DNA from: a virus
Lineage: Duplodnaviria > Heunggongvirae > Uroviricota > Caudoviricetes
Length of the DNA stretch: 64,000 bases
Direction: 5' to 3' (one strand)
Virus record (IMG/VR): IMGVR_UViG_3300037156_000269
Span: 32,626-96,625 of that record
Shown: positions 27,971-37,048 of the stretch, one piece after another
Layout: each line of letters begins with the position of its first letter
Position numbering within the stretch: position 1 is the stretch's first letter
Program-made: the position numbers and the translations under genes
The notes under the pieces: generated by a model
Databases searched by the model: none
What the model saw: only the letters and a program-made list of their open reading frames with translations
What the model was told of the DNA's origin: nothing

Positions 27971-28954
27971 CTATGGTTTGGGCGCCTTATTTGCTACGTA
28001 TTTGTAATGCCTTTCATGCTCTTCAATGATGATGAGCTTCGTCTGACTTAGACCAGGCCCGCACGGTTGCCATCTCAAATGTGTGCTCACGGTTGTGGAG
28101 TCTACCGAGTACTGCCTGTCTTTGCCGAAGCTCCAGTTGAGGAGAGACACGGTATAAACAGAACTTCTTAACCCAACGTTTGTTTTGTTAGCCTCTTTCT
28201 TCTCTCTGCTACTCAGCTCCCTTATGGGCTTGAGATCAGATACGTCTGGATTCAACGAGTGAACGTACATGGATAGGTTTAGAAAAGTTCTGAAAATATT
28301 GTCTTGCACATCTGATCTCGGATTGCCTAAGTGAGCGTTCTCATTTCCATGCAGGTTGTCTAAAGAAGTTTCGAACTTATCCCCCGCCTTGACTTCCAGA
28401 CACACCCAGCCAGCGTTCCCGAACGTTCCTGAGATCGGACCGGTCGTATCTGATTTTGTGGTGTAGCCTACCTTGAGAAGCAGCCTATCTTCCGCCCACG
28501 GGCTCTTTATGAACGACACGTAAGCCCCGACAAGATTGTCGCCGTCGTGGTCATACATAACTCCAGGCTCGAAGGAGAAATAGGCCATGAAGCCGGGTTT
28601 TGGCAAAAGCTCTTCGCGAAGCTCTACGTCCATCCTTTGCATGGCTTTAAGAAAATCTGGATTCACTTTATAGATTTTAGAGTTCTCAGCTTGCCGGAAG
28701 GACTCAAACATACCGCAGAGGGCAACATCAAATTCAACTGAGACTATTGCTGTTACAACTTTTGCGTGCTGGGCGCCGGCCTTCTTAACCTCTTCCCAGT
28801 TTATGTCCCTCTCGGCACTGAAGTCTTTTCCCTTGATATAACTTAAAGAAGTGGCTTTACCAACAGTGCGCAGAGCTTTGAATGAGAACTTGTCCAGGTC
28901 GGTCCCCAGGTTCCCGGCGTAGAAGTAATAATCTGGATGCATCAATGACTTCAT
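27971..28954 (-). CDS. Phage protein with C-terminal HLRWQPCGPG motif
   Basis: 327 aa; AAGGAGG SD; motif recalled from phage hypothetical proteins. Confidence 0.65.
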   Translation of the reverse strand: MKSLMHPDYYFYAGNLGTDLDKFSFKALRTVGKATSLSYIKGKDFSAERDINWEEVKKAGAQHAKVVTAIVSVEFDVALCGMFESFRQAENSKIYKVNPDFLKAMQRMDVELREELLPKPGFMAYFSFEPGVMYDHDGDNLVGAYVSFIKSPWAEDRLLLKVGYTTKSDTTGPISGTFGNAGWVCLEVKAGDKFETSLDNLHGNENAHLGNPRSDVQDNIFRTFLNLSMYVHSLNPDVSDLKPIRELSSREKKEANKTNVGLRSSVYTVSLLNWSFGKDRQYSVDSTTVSTHLRWQPCGPGLSQTKLIIIEEHERHYKYVANKAPKP

Positions 28955-29044
28955 GAATCCTCCTTATAAATAAGTTTTGTTTTAAGTAGAAAATAAGAAA
29001 CCCCGAACGCATAGCCGATTGGCTAAAGCTCAGGGCTTTTAAAA

Positions 29045-29085
29045 AGATACTATTTTATCTTCACTAAACTTATACCAGAAAAAGG
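29045..29085 (-). promoter_or_regulatory. 41-bp duplicated promoter module, copy 2
   Basis: Contains TTCTGGTATAAG; 3 mismatches to copy 1. Confidence 0.7.
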
Positions 29086-29113
29086 GCACTTTTTGCCCTT
29101 CTGTAAACAGGCC

Positions 29114-29290
29114 TTATTTTGCTGATTTTGGCAGGAAGCCAGAAGAGTTGAAGGCTTTGTTTGGGTTACCGATGTCGATGTACTTAGCACCGGCATTAAG
29201 TGCTGCGCGATCGGCCAGGCGTTGGGATGCCTGGCGGGCGGCTGAGGATGCTCCGGGAGCTACTTTGCGGAAACCTTTTAAGAAGTTCAT
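29114..29290 (-). CDS. 58-aa protein with leader (not in the ORF track)
   Basis: MNFLKGFRKVAPGASSAARQ...LPKSAK, translated by hand. Confidence 0.65.
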   Translation of the reverse strand: MNFLKGFRKVAPGASSAARQASQRLADRAALNAGAKYIDIGNPNKAFNSSGFLPKSAK

Positions 29291-29329
29291 GGGGGTGATT
29301 ATCTCAAAGATTTCCGCAGAAGAAAAGCC

Positions 29330-29566
29330 CTAAGCGTTTCCGATGGCTGGTGCTTTGCTTCCGACGATCGGGGCCTGGGGCTGGAACTTGGTATTGTCTG
29401 GGACATAGCGTAATTTGACCATGCTGTGGATGTCCAGAGAGATCTCTTGTCCTGGAAGGGTTGTCGACTTTTTTAGCTGCAACAGATTTTGCCAGGCCGA
29501 CAGCATTTCTGGCGTCACGTCCAGAACATAGTGACTGTTGATCCTCGGTTCTTTATCTAGTTCCAA
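29330..29566 (-). CDS. Hypothetical protein
   Basis: ORF within the minus-strand block. Confidence 0.5.
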   Translation of the reverse strand: MELDKEPRINSHYVLDVTPEMLSAWQNLLQLKKSTTLPGQEISLDIHSMVKLRYVPDNTKFQPQAPIVGSKAPAIGNA

Positions 29567-29936
29567 CGGGGGCTCCTTTGTAAATTTGTTCTTTGGTGGC
29601 TTTCGTCATTTTGTATCTTCTTGGGCGAATTCTGGCGAGCTCGCTTAAGGCTGCGAAATAGGAGAGGCCGAAGGGGCACCCTCCGGAATGGATCGCAACG
29701 TCTCCGCTTACAACGATCTCATCTGGCACGCCGCGCTCTGGCACTACGACCTGCTGATCTACGTCCTCCACTGACCACTTGTCCGTAAGCTCTATCGGGA
29801 AGGCCAGACGCACACACGCCAGGTCAAGTCCGATCGGGTCGTCGAGGATCCCGACCAGGATGGTTTTATCTAACTCCACCACCCCAAGAAAGAAATCTGA
29901 GGGTGGCTTATTCATTGTTTCTTGAAGTGATATCAT
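29553..29936 (-). CDS. Hypothetical protein
   Basis: ORF within the minus-strand block; AAGG SD. Confidence 0.55.
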   Translation of the reverse strand: MISLQETMNKPPSDFFLGVVELDKTILVGILDDPIGLDLACVRLAFPIELTDKWSVEDVDQQVVVPERGVPDEIVVSGDVAIHSGGCPFGLSYFAALSELARIRPRRYKMTKATKEQIYKGAPVGTR

Positions 29937-29954
29937 TGGGATTACCTTTTTTGT

Positions 29955-30365
29955 TTAGTTCTGGGATCCATCGCATTTTTCGCAGATGTGGCCATCTACG
30001 TCGGGGCATTTGTCCGGTCTACAGTCTGGGCAGTTTCCGACAGTATCGCAGGTTGGGCAGGGCTCGACACCTTTTACAATATCTTCGAGCTCTGCAATCT
30101 CACGTTGTCGTATCTTCCATACACCGACCACATCCGTATAAGGATCACCGCCGCGAGTGTAGACTTCAGACCAGCGGACGGTCTGCATAAACGAGAGCCT
30201 CGGCATTGTCACTAGTTTGTCAAAGGACGCGCGATCAACAAAACAGTCGTATTGATGCGCGTACTTACCAGGGTGAGTGCTCATTACGACTGCTGGCAGG
30301 TGAGCTTCTTCGTAAATCCACTTTACTTTAGGCTTAAGCTCCGCGATTAGTTCTTCTATTGTCAT
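29955..30365 (-). CDS. Hypothetical protein with C-terminal Cys-rich Zn-finger
   Basis: CPTC..CPDC..CP..CEKC; ATG at 30365 coupled to the upstream stop. Confidence 0.6.
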   Translation of the reverse strand: MTIEELIAELKPKVKWIYEEAHLPAVVMSTHPGKYAHQYDCFVDRASFDKLVTMPRLSFMQTVRWSEVYTRGGDPYTDVVGVWKIRQREIAELEDIVKGVEPCPTCDTVGNCPDCRPDKCPDVDGHICEKCDGSQN

Positions 30366-30478
30366 TCGCAATCCCCCTCAGCCCAGGCCGCAACGTTAGC
30401 CCAGATATAAAAACCTATCGTCGCAACGATTACCGCCGCGACAATGCCTGACAAAAATACTTGTGCTAGGATCGTCAT
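30362..30478 (-). CDS. Small membrane protein (38 aa, not in the ORF track)
   Basis: MTILAQVFLSGIVAAVIVATIGFYIWANVAAWAEGDCE; AAAGGA SD. Confidence 0.55.
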   Translation of the reverse strand: MTILAQVFLSGIVAAVIVATIGFYIWANVAAWAEGDCE

Positions 30479-30513
30479 TTATCGTCCTTTCTTTTATAAA
30501 ACGCTTCACAACA

Positions 30514-30525
30514 CTTATACCATAA
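30514..30525 (-). promoter_or_regulatory. Class-E promoter motif TTATGGTATAAG
   Basis: Immediately after the DNA polymerase stop, upstream of the next block. Confidence 0.5.
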
Positions 30526-30532
30526 ATAGCTA

Positions 30533-32452
30533 TTATTTAGTCCATACGGGCAGCAAATTTCCTTCGACTTTCATAGTGACTTTTTTGAGCATCTTGTTGG
30601 CCTCTTCGATCATGATCTTCTTTTGAAGTTCGTGACCTTCCTGGGCACAGGATTTATGAAAATCGACCACGGTTTCATCGTAAACAGAGTTGTAGAAACG
30701 GGCATCGTAGCCGAGGCGTTTAAATTCCTTTCTCATTACCGCCATAGCATTTTTGGTCATGTCCGCGTTCACTGTCTGGATTTGACAGTTGGCGCCTTCT
30801 CGTTGGATGGCTGCTAGATGACCCTTGTGCTTCTGCTTGATCATCTCAGGCAGATCGCGGCAGCGCATGTCATCTGTCAGTGCAATCTTGCCGTTTCTGG
30901 TTAGCTCTTTTATCGCTTCAGCTTCGATCTTCTTGATGTTCGGCTTGAACCAATGTCGAGTCCGGCCGTTGACGTTATGCATGATGAACTGCGAAGACGC
31001 CAAGCGTTGCTGAGATTTAAGCCAGCCTATTGCCTGGTGGAATGTGTTGTTGTATTTTTTAAATAGCTGCTCGCACTCTTCCAGAGTAATCTTGTGACCT
31101 ATCTCATAAACAAGCTTTTCGTATAAACTAAATGGGCTCATTCCGTATGCTATACCGAAGGATAAAGTTTTTGCAGGCGTGCGGTAATGGGCGTTCTCGT
31201 TGGTCTTTGTAACCTCAACGCCCAATAGCATCGACGCCACGTAACAGTGGAAATCCACGCCCGAGTTAAAGCCTTCAATCATCAGCTCATCACCACTCAG
31301 CTCGGCTAGAATTACTAGCTCTGCTCCGCTATAATCCACAGTTGAAATAAGCCGATCGTCATCTGTACAAAAAGCGTTTCGATATCTCTTATCTCGTGGA
31401 ATATTTAGACAGTTGAGCCCTCTGCATGTCGGTCTTCCTGTTTCAGTTCCATATTGGTTCATCCTGAAATGCACGCGGCCGGTTTCTGAATTAATTCCGT
31501 CGAGATAAGTCTGCCCATACGTACCAGTGAGCTTTGCAGCCGATCGGTAAGCCATCAGCGCGCGAATAGGCTCCAGATCCTTGATCTTGTTTTGAGTCTT
31601 TTTATTCGTATTGCTGATTGTTTTACCACCGACCTTTACGCCCATCATCTGAAGTGCACGAAGAACTTCTGGGGTTGAGTCGTAATTGATATCAACCACA
31701 AGCTCTCCTTCGCGGCCAGGCTCGAGGCTCCACTCTTTGTTGCACACAGGCTCAAACCATCGGTCGAGAATCGCTTTGGCTTCTTTAGCTTTTTGCGCGT
31801 TCTGAAGCATGATCTGCTTCCACGCCTCTACACTGATCTTCTGACCGTAGAACTGAATGTCAGCGAAGGCTTGAATAGCTCCGCACTCGGTATGGAGCCA
31901 GGTGTCAAGGACACCTGCTTCAATAGCTGCTTCTTTGATCTTGCCAGCGAGAGGGATCATGACGTGCGCATCGAATGCCGCGTACTCGAGCTGTTCTTGC
32001 GAAAACTCTCCTTCATAGTCAATGAAGGATGTTTGTAGATCCTTGTCCATTTCAAGACCGAGGTATTTCTTAGCCACGGTTGCGAGGTCAAGGCCGCCGA
32101 ACTGAGACCCTGCGGTGAGGCACCGCTCACCTAAGCGTGTGCAGACAAGGTTCTCTGTCTCAACCCCACAAGTCCCTTTCGTCATCATGTATTCAAAGGG
32201 TGCGTTGTGTGCGAGCTTAATGATTTTGTCGTTGTCGAGAAGCGGCTTAAAGATCAGTAGGTTATTTTTATTTCTGGTGTCTACAACCCAAGTGTTGTCT
32301 TTATCTGCGAAAGTGGACAGGGTCGCTTTGTTTTTATGCGGGTCGAGGCCGGTAGTTTCTAAATCCCATCCAACGACTTTTTGAGTGAGTAAATGCTGAC
32401 AAAGTTTATGTGCTTCAGCAGCGCTTTTGATATAGGTGAACGGTATCGCCAT
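30533..32452 (-). CDS. polA: DNA polymerase, family A, with 3'-5' exonuclease
   Basis: ExoI WDLETTGLD, ExoIII YAAFDA, GTETGRPTC, motif A VDYSGAEL, motif B RTPAKTLSFGIAYG, motif C VYDE; no 5'-3' exonuclease domain. Confidence 0.95.
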   Translation of the reverse strand: MAIPFTYIKSAAEAHKLCQHLLTQKVVGWDLETTGLDPHKNKATLSTFADKDNTWVVDTRNKNNLLIFKPLLDNDKIIKLAHNAPFEYMMTKGTCGVETENLVCTRLGERCLTAGSQFGGLDLATVAKKYLGLEMDKDLQTSFIDYEGEFSQEQLEYAAFDAHVMIPLAGKIKEAAIEAGVLDTWLHTECGAIQAFADIQFYGQKISVEAWKQIMLQNAQKAKEAKAILDRWFEPVCNKEWSLEPGREGELVVDINYDSTPEVLRALQMMGVKVGGKTISNTNKKTQNKIKDLEPIRALMAYRSAAKLTGTYGQTYLDGINSETGRVHFRMNQYGTETGRPTCRGLNCLNIPRDKRYRNAFCTDDDRLISTVDYSGAELVILAELSGDELMIEGFNSGVDFHCYVASMLLGVEVTKTNENAHYRTPAKTLSFGIAYGMSPFSLYEKLVYEIGHKITLEECEQLFKKYNNTFHQAIGWLKSQQRLASSQFIMHNVNGRTRHWFKPNIKKIEAEAIKELTRNGKIALTDDMRCRDLPEMIKQKHKGHLAAIQREGANCQIQTVNADMTKNAMAVMRKEFKRLGYDARFYNSVYDETVVDFHKSCAQEGHELQKKIMIEEANKMLKKVTMKVEGNLLPVWTK

Positions 32453-32490
32453 GGATTCCTCCCTGAACGCGTAATTGGTTCATCAAATAT

Positions 32491-32502
32491 CTTATGCCAG
32501 AA
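32491..32502 (-). promoter_or_regulatory. Class-E promoter motif TTCTGGCATAAG
   Basis: 39 nt upstream of polA; identical to the 1827 copy. Confidence 0.55.
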
Positions 32503-32931
32503 TTAACTGCGAAAGTGCTTGGCGGTGTCTTTTCGCATGAGGCCTACGCAGTAGGACCAACAGGACTGGAGTCCGGGCACAAAGATTTCAAGACCGTACC
32601 CGGCGGGGTCGACTTCTTCGCCTTCGACAATGCCATATTTCATTTCTGCTAGCACAAACACCGTGGAGCCTTCTTTAGCTACACGCCAAAGTTCTTTGAG
32701 CGCCTCATCAGTCTTAAAGGCTTTTTCTGTTATGACGAACAGGTATCCTGAGTCCGAGTCTAAGCTTGGAAGATAGGACGCTTCTATGCAGAGTGTCGGA
32801 GTGCTATAATTTCTATAAAGCTCATCTAGTATCTTGTCAGAAGGATTACCGCCGACAAAAATGATGCGAGGTCCGCCGTTGGTAGATTTTCTCAACCCCA
32901 GAATCGCGGCATAGTTTTCAGAGCTTAGCAT
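32503..32931 (-). CDS. Hypothetical protein, possibly degenerate methyltransferase-like fold
   Basis: ALKELWRVAKEGSTVFV resembles class I MTase motif; SAM-binding loop not clear. Confidence 0.4.
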   Translation of the reverse strand: MLSSENYAAILGLRKSTNGGPRIIFVGGNPSDKILDELYRNYSTPTLCIEASYLPSLDSDSGYLFVITEKAFKTDEALKELWRVAKEGSTVFVLAEMKYGIVEGEEVDPAGYGLEIFVPGLQSCWSYCVGLMRKDTAKHFRS

Positions 32932-33886
32932 AAATGTCCTTAAAGTATTTCACAAAGGTGTCCGGGTTCCAGTGGAGCTCCATCCAAGATCTCGCGCGTC
33001 GGCCGCGCGCATAGATCTCTTCCGGATTCCTGAGCAGGTTCATCATCTGTCCTTCTACTGTTTCCGGGACCACTTGTAAAGAAGGCAGCGCATTGACGGC
33101 ATCTTGACCGACGACGCGCGCCATTGCGTTCTGAGTGTGTGAGTCCATGCTACAGAATGTGGCCACGCCAAAGGCCATGTACTCTAAAAATGACAGATGG
33201 TAGCTCCCTGTTACAATCTCCTCGAGCCCAATGTCGGCCCACTTCTTTCGAATGAGAGTTTCTTCATACGGAGTGTTGGTGATGATATCGGACTGAATAA
33301 TGCCGGCGCGCTCAAACTTCATAAGAAAGGCGCGCATCGCCTCGTAGCCTTTGTTATCCCAGCCGCGGAGGTTCACATTGCTTGGGGCAAAGGAGACTCG
33401 GGGCGGGTGGTTTTTTGGGGGATTTGCGAGGGGTCTGTAGTTCGCGTCAAAAATGGGGAGGACGTTTGGTACAGCAAATTCGGCTTCGGGGTATTGCCTC
33501 ACTTGGTACTGGGCTACGACAGCCTTTCTGCCATTGAAGAAGGGATCAGAGATTGTGGCTTCAAAACTCTCAGTCGAGTTCCTGGGAGAGTGGTACTGGA
33601 TAAGGCACGGCTTTTTCTTGCAGATCTCGATCAGGTGCGGGTGGTGACGGAAGATCTCCTGTTCAAAAGCAAAGTTGTGAAAATGGATAATGTCGAACGA
33701 TTTCAAAGACTCGGAAAGAGCTTCCGAACCCATCCCAGTCCAGAGCTGTCCGCCGACGAATACTTTGTTGGTGTTCGTTTGTCGGTGAAGCAGGACGGTC
33801 GCCTCATGCCCCGCATTGCGCTGAATTTGGGCTAGGTTGGCCGGAGAGTTCGAAAGCGGTGTGTTGCTCAGGTGTAGGATTCTCAT
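32918..33886 (-). CDS. Glycosyltransferase (GT-B, GT4-like)
   Basis: MRILHLS start; DIIHFHN; VPNVLP; KGYE; ADIG..GSYHLSFLEYMAFG matches the GT-B C-terminal E-x7-E region. Confidence 0.8.
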   Translation of the reverse strand: MRILHLSNTPLSNSPANLAQIQRNAGHEATVLLHRQTNTNKVFVGGQLWTGMGSEALSESLKSFDIIHFHNFAFEQEIFRHHPHLIEICKKKPCLIQYHSPRNSTESFEATISDPFFNGRKAVVAQYQVRQYPEAEFAVPNVLPIFDANYRPLANPPKNHPPRVSFAPSNVNLRGWDNKGYEAMRAFLMKFERAGIIQSDIITNTPYEETLIRKKWADIGLEEIVTGSYHLSFLEYMAFGVATFCSMDSHTQNAMARVVGQDAVNALPSLQVVPETVEGQMMNLLRNPEEIYARGRRARSWMELHWNPDTFVKYFKDIYAKL

Positions 33887-34323
33887 GTCAGTATCAGCCT
33901 GCTTTCTTTGATCAGGAGGTCCGTGAATTTTTTGGTGTAGCGGATCCAAACAGGTTTTTTAGGATCGAAGTTGAATTCAGCGATCGCCACCCGTCCTTCG
34001 TCGGTGTAGAGGAGATAGCCCTTTTTGCGAAGCTCTGTTAGACCCGCCGCGACATGGCGAGGGTCATACCCGCACTGCTCAAACCCCCAGAGGACATTGG
34101 CGAGCATTCCTTCTGCCACTTGATTTGCTTTTTTGAAGCATTTGTTGAGTTCAACGAACATCATGAGGTCAGGCCCGTTGCCGATCGCGAGATCTGTCGG
34201 CACGTGCGTAATGCCAAAATATGGGGCCTGCACGATCGTAAGTGGTTCTTTTGTTGGATCTAGGAGCAAACTAGATGGTAGAATGACGGACTGAGGCGGC
34301 TTCGGCAACTTCGGTACAGACAT
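33883..34323 (-). CDS. Hypothetical protein (possible winged helix)
   Basis: GGAGATTT SD before the ATG at 34323; VAAGLTELRKKGYLLY. Confidence 0.55.
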   Translation of the reverse strand: MSVPKLPKPPQSVILPSSLLLDPTKEPLTIVQAPYFGITHVPTDLAIGNGPDLMMFVELNKCFKKANQVAEGMLANVLWGFEQCGYDPRHVAAGLTELRKKGYLLYTDEGRVAIAEFNFDPKKPVWIRYTKKFTDLLIKESRLILT

Positions 34324-34435
34324 TAAGTAAATCTCCAAAATAGGAACAATGGTTCTAATTGGATGGTAGCAAGGTTTGGTCTTCTCAGACAAGTCGGTTG
34401 TAGCACTTCGTCAAAGCTGATAAACTTGGGGCATT

Positions 34436-34756
34436 ATGTTTTTAATTGGATTTAGTAAGGTGGCGGCTAGTTACGCTAATTTGACCCCCGAGGACATCGC
34501 CGAACGCGTTTCCGAGAAGTATCCTTATCAGGGTGCGGTCTACGGTGCGGCGGCTGGTGCGGCGGCTGGTGGAGCAAAAAAGCACACCGCGAAAGCAGCT
34601 CTTGTCGGCGCCGGTCTTGGCGCTGCGGCTGGAGCCGGTGTAGGTCACGGGCGTAAGGCTTGGTCGAAGTATAAATCTCGCAGGCTTGGTCGTGAGATCA
34701 GCGAATACAATCTCCGGGCAACCCCGCGCCGCTACAGTTATCACGAGGAGGATTAA
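34436..34756 (+). CDS. Leader protein with glycine-zipper segment
   Basis: MFLIGFSKVA; GAVYGAAAGAAAGG..GAGLGAAAGAGVG. Confidence 0.72.
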   Translation: MFLIGFSKVAASYANLTPEDIAERVSEKYPYQGAVYGAAAGAAAGGAKKHTAKAALVGAGLGAAAGAGVGHGRKAWSKYKSRRLGREISEYNLRATPRRYSYHEED

Positions 34757-34759
34757 TCA

Positions 34760-35608
34760 GTGCATCGTTCAAAAGAAGTCCTAAACAATCTCGCCAAACT
34801 CGCTGCAGAAGCGTATTTATCTAAAAAAACTCCTCTCAACACTTCACTGACGAAAACGGCTAAAGAAGAGGGCCTCGAGCCCCACCAGATTGAGTATGTG
34901 GCGGCACAAGCCAATCACACCGTTTGGGAACGCCTTTACGGAATGGATAAAAAAGCGAGCTATGATTTCCCAGTCGCCGATCCCAATGCGGTCATCAAAG
35001 AGCTTCAGGTAAAGCCAAAAGGTGTTATCAAAGAAGCCGGTCTCGACTATCTTTCAGGACCTGGCGGCTACACCGAGAAAACAGCTTCGTTCGAGCTGAG
35101 CAGCATCGACAAGACTTCCGCAGAAAAGCGCGAGCTCAAAAAGACTCTTCAACAGCGTTTTGATAAGATGGCCTCTGCCAAAGAAGACCTCGAAGGCCAG
35201 ATGTTCATGCTGAAGTTAAAATTTGGCGAGGTTGAGAAGACTTTTATGAAAGAAGCGCGGGCTCTCATTATGGAGCAGCCGTTTACTGATCGTGGCGCGG
35301 CTATGATGAAGATAGCTGAATTTGTGCGCTCGGCTTCGGAAGACAACGAAGCTCTAGCTCGTGCTCTTATGCTGAAGCTTTCGGCGGTTATCGTTGGTCA
35401 GGGGCTCATCAAGAAGGCTGATCTTAAGGCTCCAGAAGAGTATATCGACATGAAGATGCCGGCGAAGATCGTCAACGGTCGCCACGCTCTCTATATCACA
35501 ATTAAAACTTTAAAAGACATCCGTCAGGAGTACGATCCTTTGCACCGTGGTGCCGAGATCGTCGACAGCTCTTTACCAGAACTAAGGGAGAAGATCCGTG
35601 CACTCTAA
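34760..35608 (+). CDS. Head morphogenesis/internal protein
   Basis: In the head operon; several KxA motifs (TKTA, EKTA, IKEA). Confidence 0.55.
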   Translation: MHRSKEVLNNLAKLAAEAYLSKKTPLNTSLTKTAKEEGLEPHQIEYVAAQANHTVWERLYGMDKKASYDFPVADPNAVIKELQVKPKGVIKEAGLDYLSGPGGYTEKTASFELSSIDKTSAEKRELKKTLQQRFDKMASAKEDLEGQMFMLKLKFGEVEKTFMKEARALIMEQPFTDRGAAMMKIAEFVRSASEDNEALARALMLKLSAVIVGQGLIKKADLKAPEEYIDMKMPAKIVNGRHALYITIKTLKDIRQEYDPLHRGAEIVDSSLPELREKIRAL

Positions 35609-35795
35609 AGGATTTATTGGCGGGTTTGAAAAGACGGCCGGAGTTCTCAGCACGTTAGCGGCCCCCGTTAAGGCAGCTGGCAAGTTCGCGGTCAAAGCTC
35701 TGGGCGGCGGCGCGAACATTGCGATGACTGCTTTGGGTGCTGGTGTTGAGGGTGCTCAGGGTTACAAAAAGCTGACAGACGCTGCGGCGAGGTAA
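35598..35795 (+). CDS. Small leader protein
   Basis: GFIGGFEKTA near the N-terminus. Confidence 0.65.
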   Translation: MHSKGFIGGFEKTAGVLSTLAAPVKAAGKFAVKALGGGANIAMTALGAGVEGAQGYKKLTDAAAR

Positions 35796-35798
35796 TAG

Positions 35799-37046
35799 AT
35801 GAGTAAACTGCGCAAGCAAGCAAGACATGACTTAGACTGTATTCTGAAGCTTGCGAATATCCCGCCTGCGCAGGCGGCTCTTAATATTGAATACATAAAG
35901 GGCATTGCAAAGCCTCTGTTGGCGGCACTGGCCACCGCGGGCGCGGCTGGCCTCACGTCTTACTACTACTCTAAAAAAGACAAAGAACGACACAGTCAGG
36001 CGCTCCTAGACAGCATGAAATCTCTGGCTGTAAAAAGCCCCGAGTTTGGCAAAAGCCCTGAGCAGTTTTTCGAACGATTCGGAGAGCTCTCTGTCATCTC
36101 CCCAACGATTGCAAAAAACCCAACGCTGGCATCAAAAATTCTTGCAAAGAAATTGAACACGGGATTCAGCGTTGATGACATCCATAAACTAACTTCCATC
36201 GAGAACAATGCGTCAGGGCACAAATCGTATAGCCCTGGAGCTGCGGGACGCGCGAGTGCGTCACATGCGCTCACAACTTTAACGACAGCACTTGGTCACG
36301 ATTTTCTAGCGCACAAAATCAAACTGGATGCCGACTACACCGATCGGACGTCTAAAATCAAGAAGGCTCAAGAGACCTTGGCAAGAATGATGCGAATACA
36401 AGACGAGGCGGCGATCCACGAGGCCGCAAGCCACGAAAAAGAGGGGCATGTGAAAGAGCAAAGCGGGCAACGAGTCAGTGACGAATGTTTGGGTACAATG
36501 CTTGCTGAACGGTATGTTCTTGTTAAACAAGCAGGGAAACAAACCGGGCTCTTGGGCGAGGGATTCAAAACCATGGGAAAAGGACTTCAGTTCTTTGCCC
36601 CAGCTCTTGCTTTGGGTGGCGGTATCGAATTGATTCGCCACGTGGTAGAGTCGCGCAGAAACTCCGTTTTGCAGGCACAAGCTGACAAAAACTTCAAAAG
36701 CATGATGGCTACAAACGATAACCTGAAAAGTCCTGAGAACCGATACCTGGCTCAGGAGGCTTTCGATACGCTAAAAGCTGTCGCTCCATCTCTTGCTGCG
36801 CGGCCACTGGTAGCAAAAACTTTCATTGAATACACAGTCGGGCAGGGACAACTTGCTCCACAGACCGTTCAGCAGTTGGCTGAGGCTGAAGACAAAGTTC
36901 GTGGCGTTGGCGGTAAGGGTGGGTTCTTTGACGAGCTCAAGGCCACCGTGGGCGGCAAGTCAGCGCGCGATCTGATGAACCCCAAAACTATCATGGACGC
37001 CGAGACTCATGGACGGCGCCACAGTTATGGTCGGGGTAATAAGTAG
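35799..37046 (+). CDS. Internal head protein with duplicated domain
   Basis: Two similar modules (FGELSVISPTIAKNPTLA / FDTLKAVAPSLAARPLVA), each preceded by KxA and a hydrophobic helix. Confidence 0.55.
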   Translation: MSKLRKQARHDLDCILKLANIPPAQAALNIEYIKGIAKPLLAALATAGAAGLTSYYYSKKDKERHSQALLDSMKSLAVKSPEFGKSPEQFFERFGELSVISPTIAKNPTLASKILAKKLNTGFSVDDIHKLTSIENNASGHKSYSPGAAGRASASHALTTLTTALGHDFLAHKIKLDADYTDRTSKIKKAQETLARMMRIQDEAAIHEAASHEKEGHVKEQSGQRVSDECLGTMLAERYVLVKQAGKQTGLLGEGFKTMGKGLQFFAPALALGGGIELIRHVVESRRNSVLQAQADKNFKSMMATNDNLKSPENRYLAQEAFDTLKAVAPSLAARPLVAKTFIEYTVGQGQLAPQTVQQLAEAEDKVRGVGGKGGFFDELKATVGGKSARDLMNPKTIMDAETHGRRHSYGRGNK

Positions 37047-37048
37047 TC

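Noticed and set aside
33197-33835. 212-aa plus-strand ORF, and similar antisense ORFs inside RNAP, terL, polA and sheath
   Set aside because: Fully antisense to well-supported genes; no motifs or SD.
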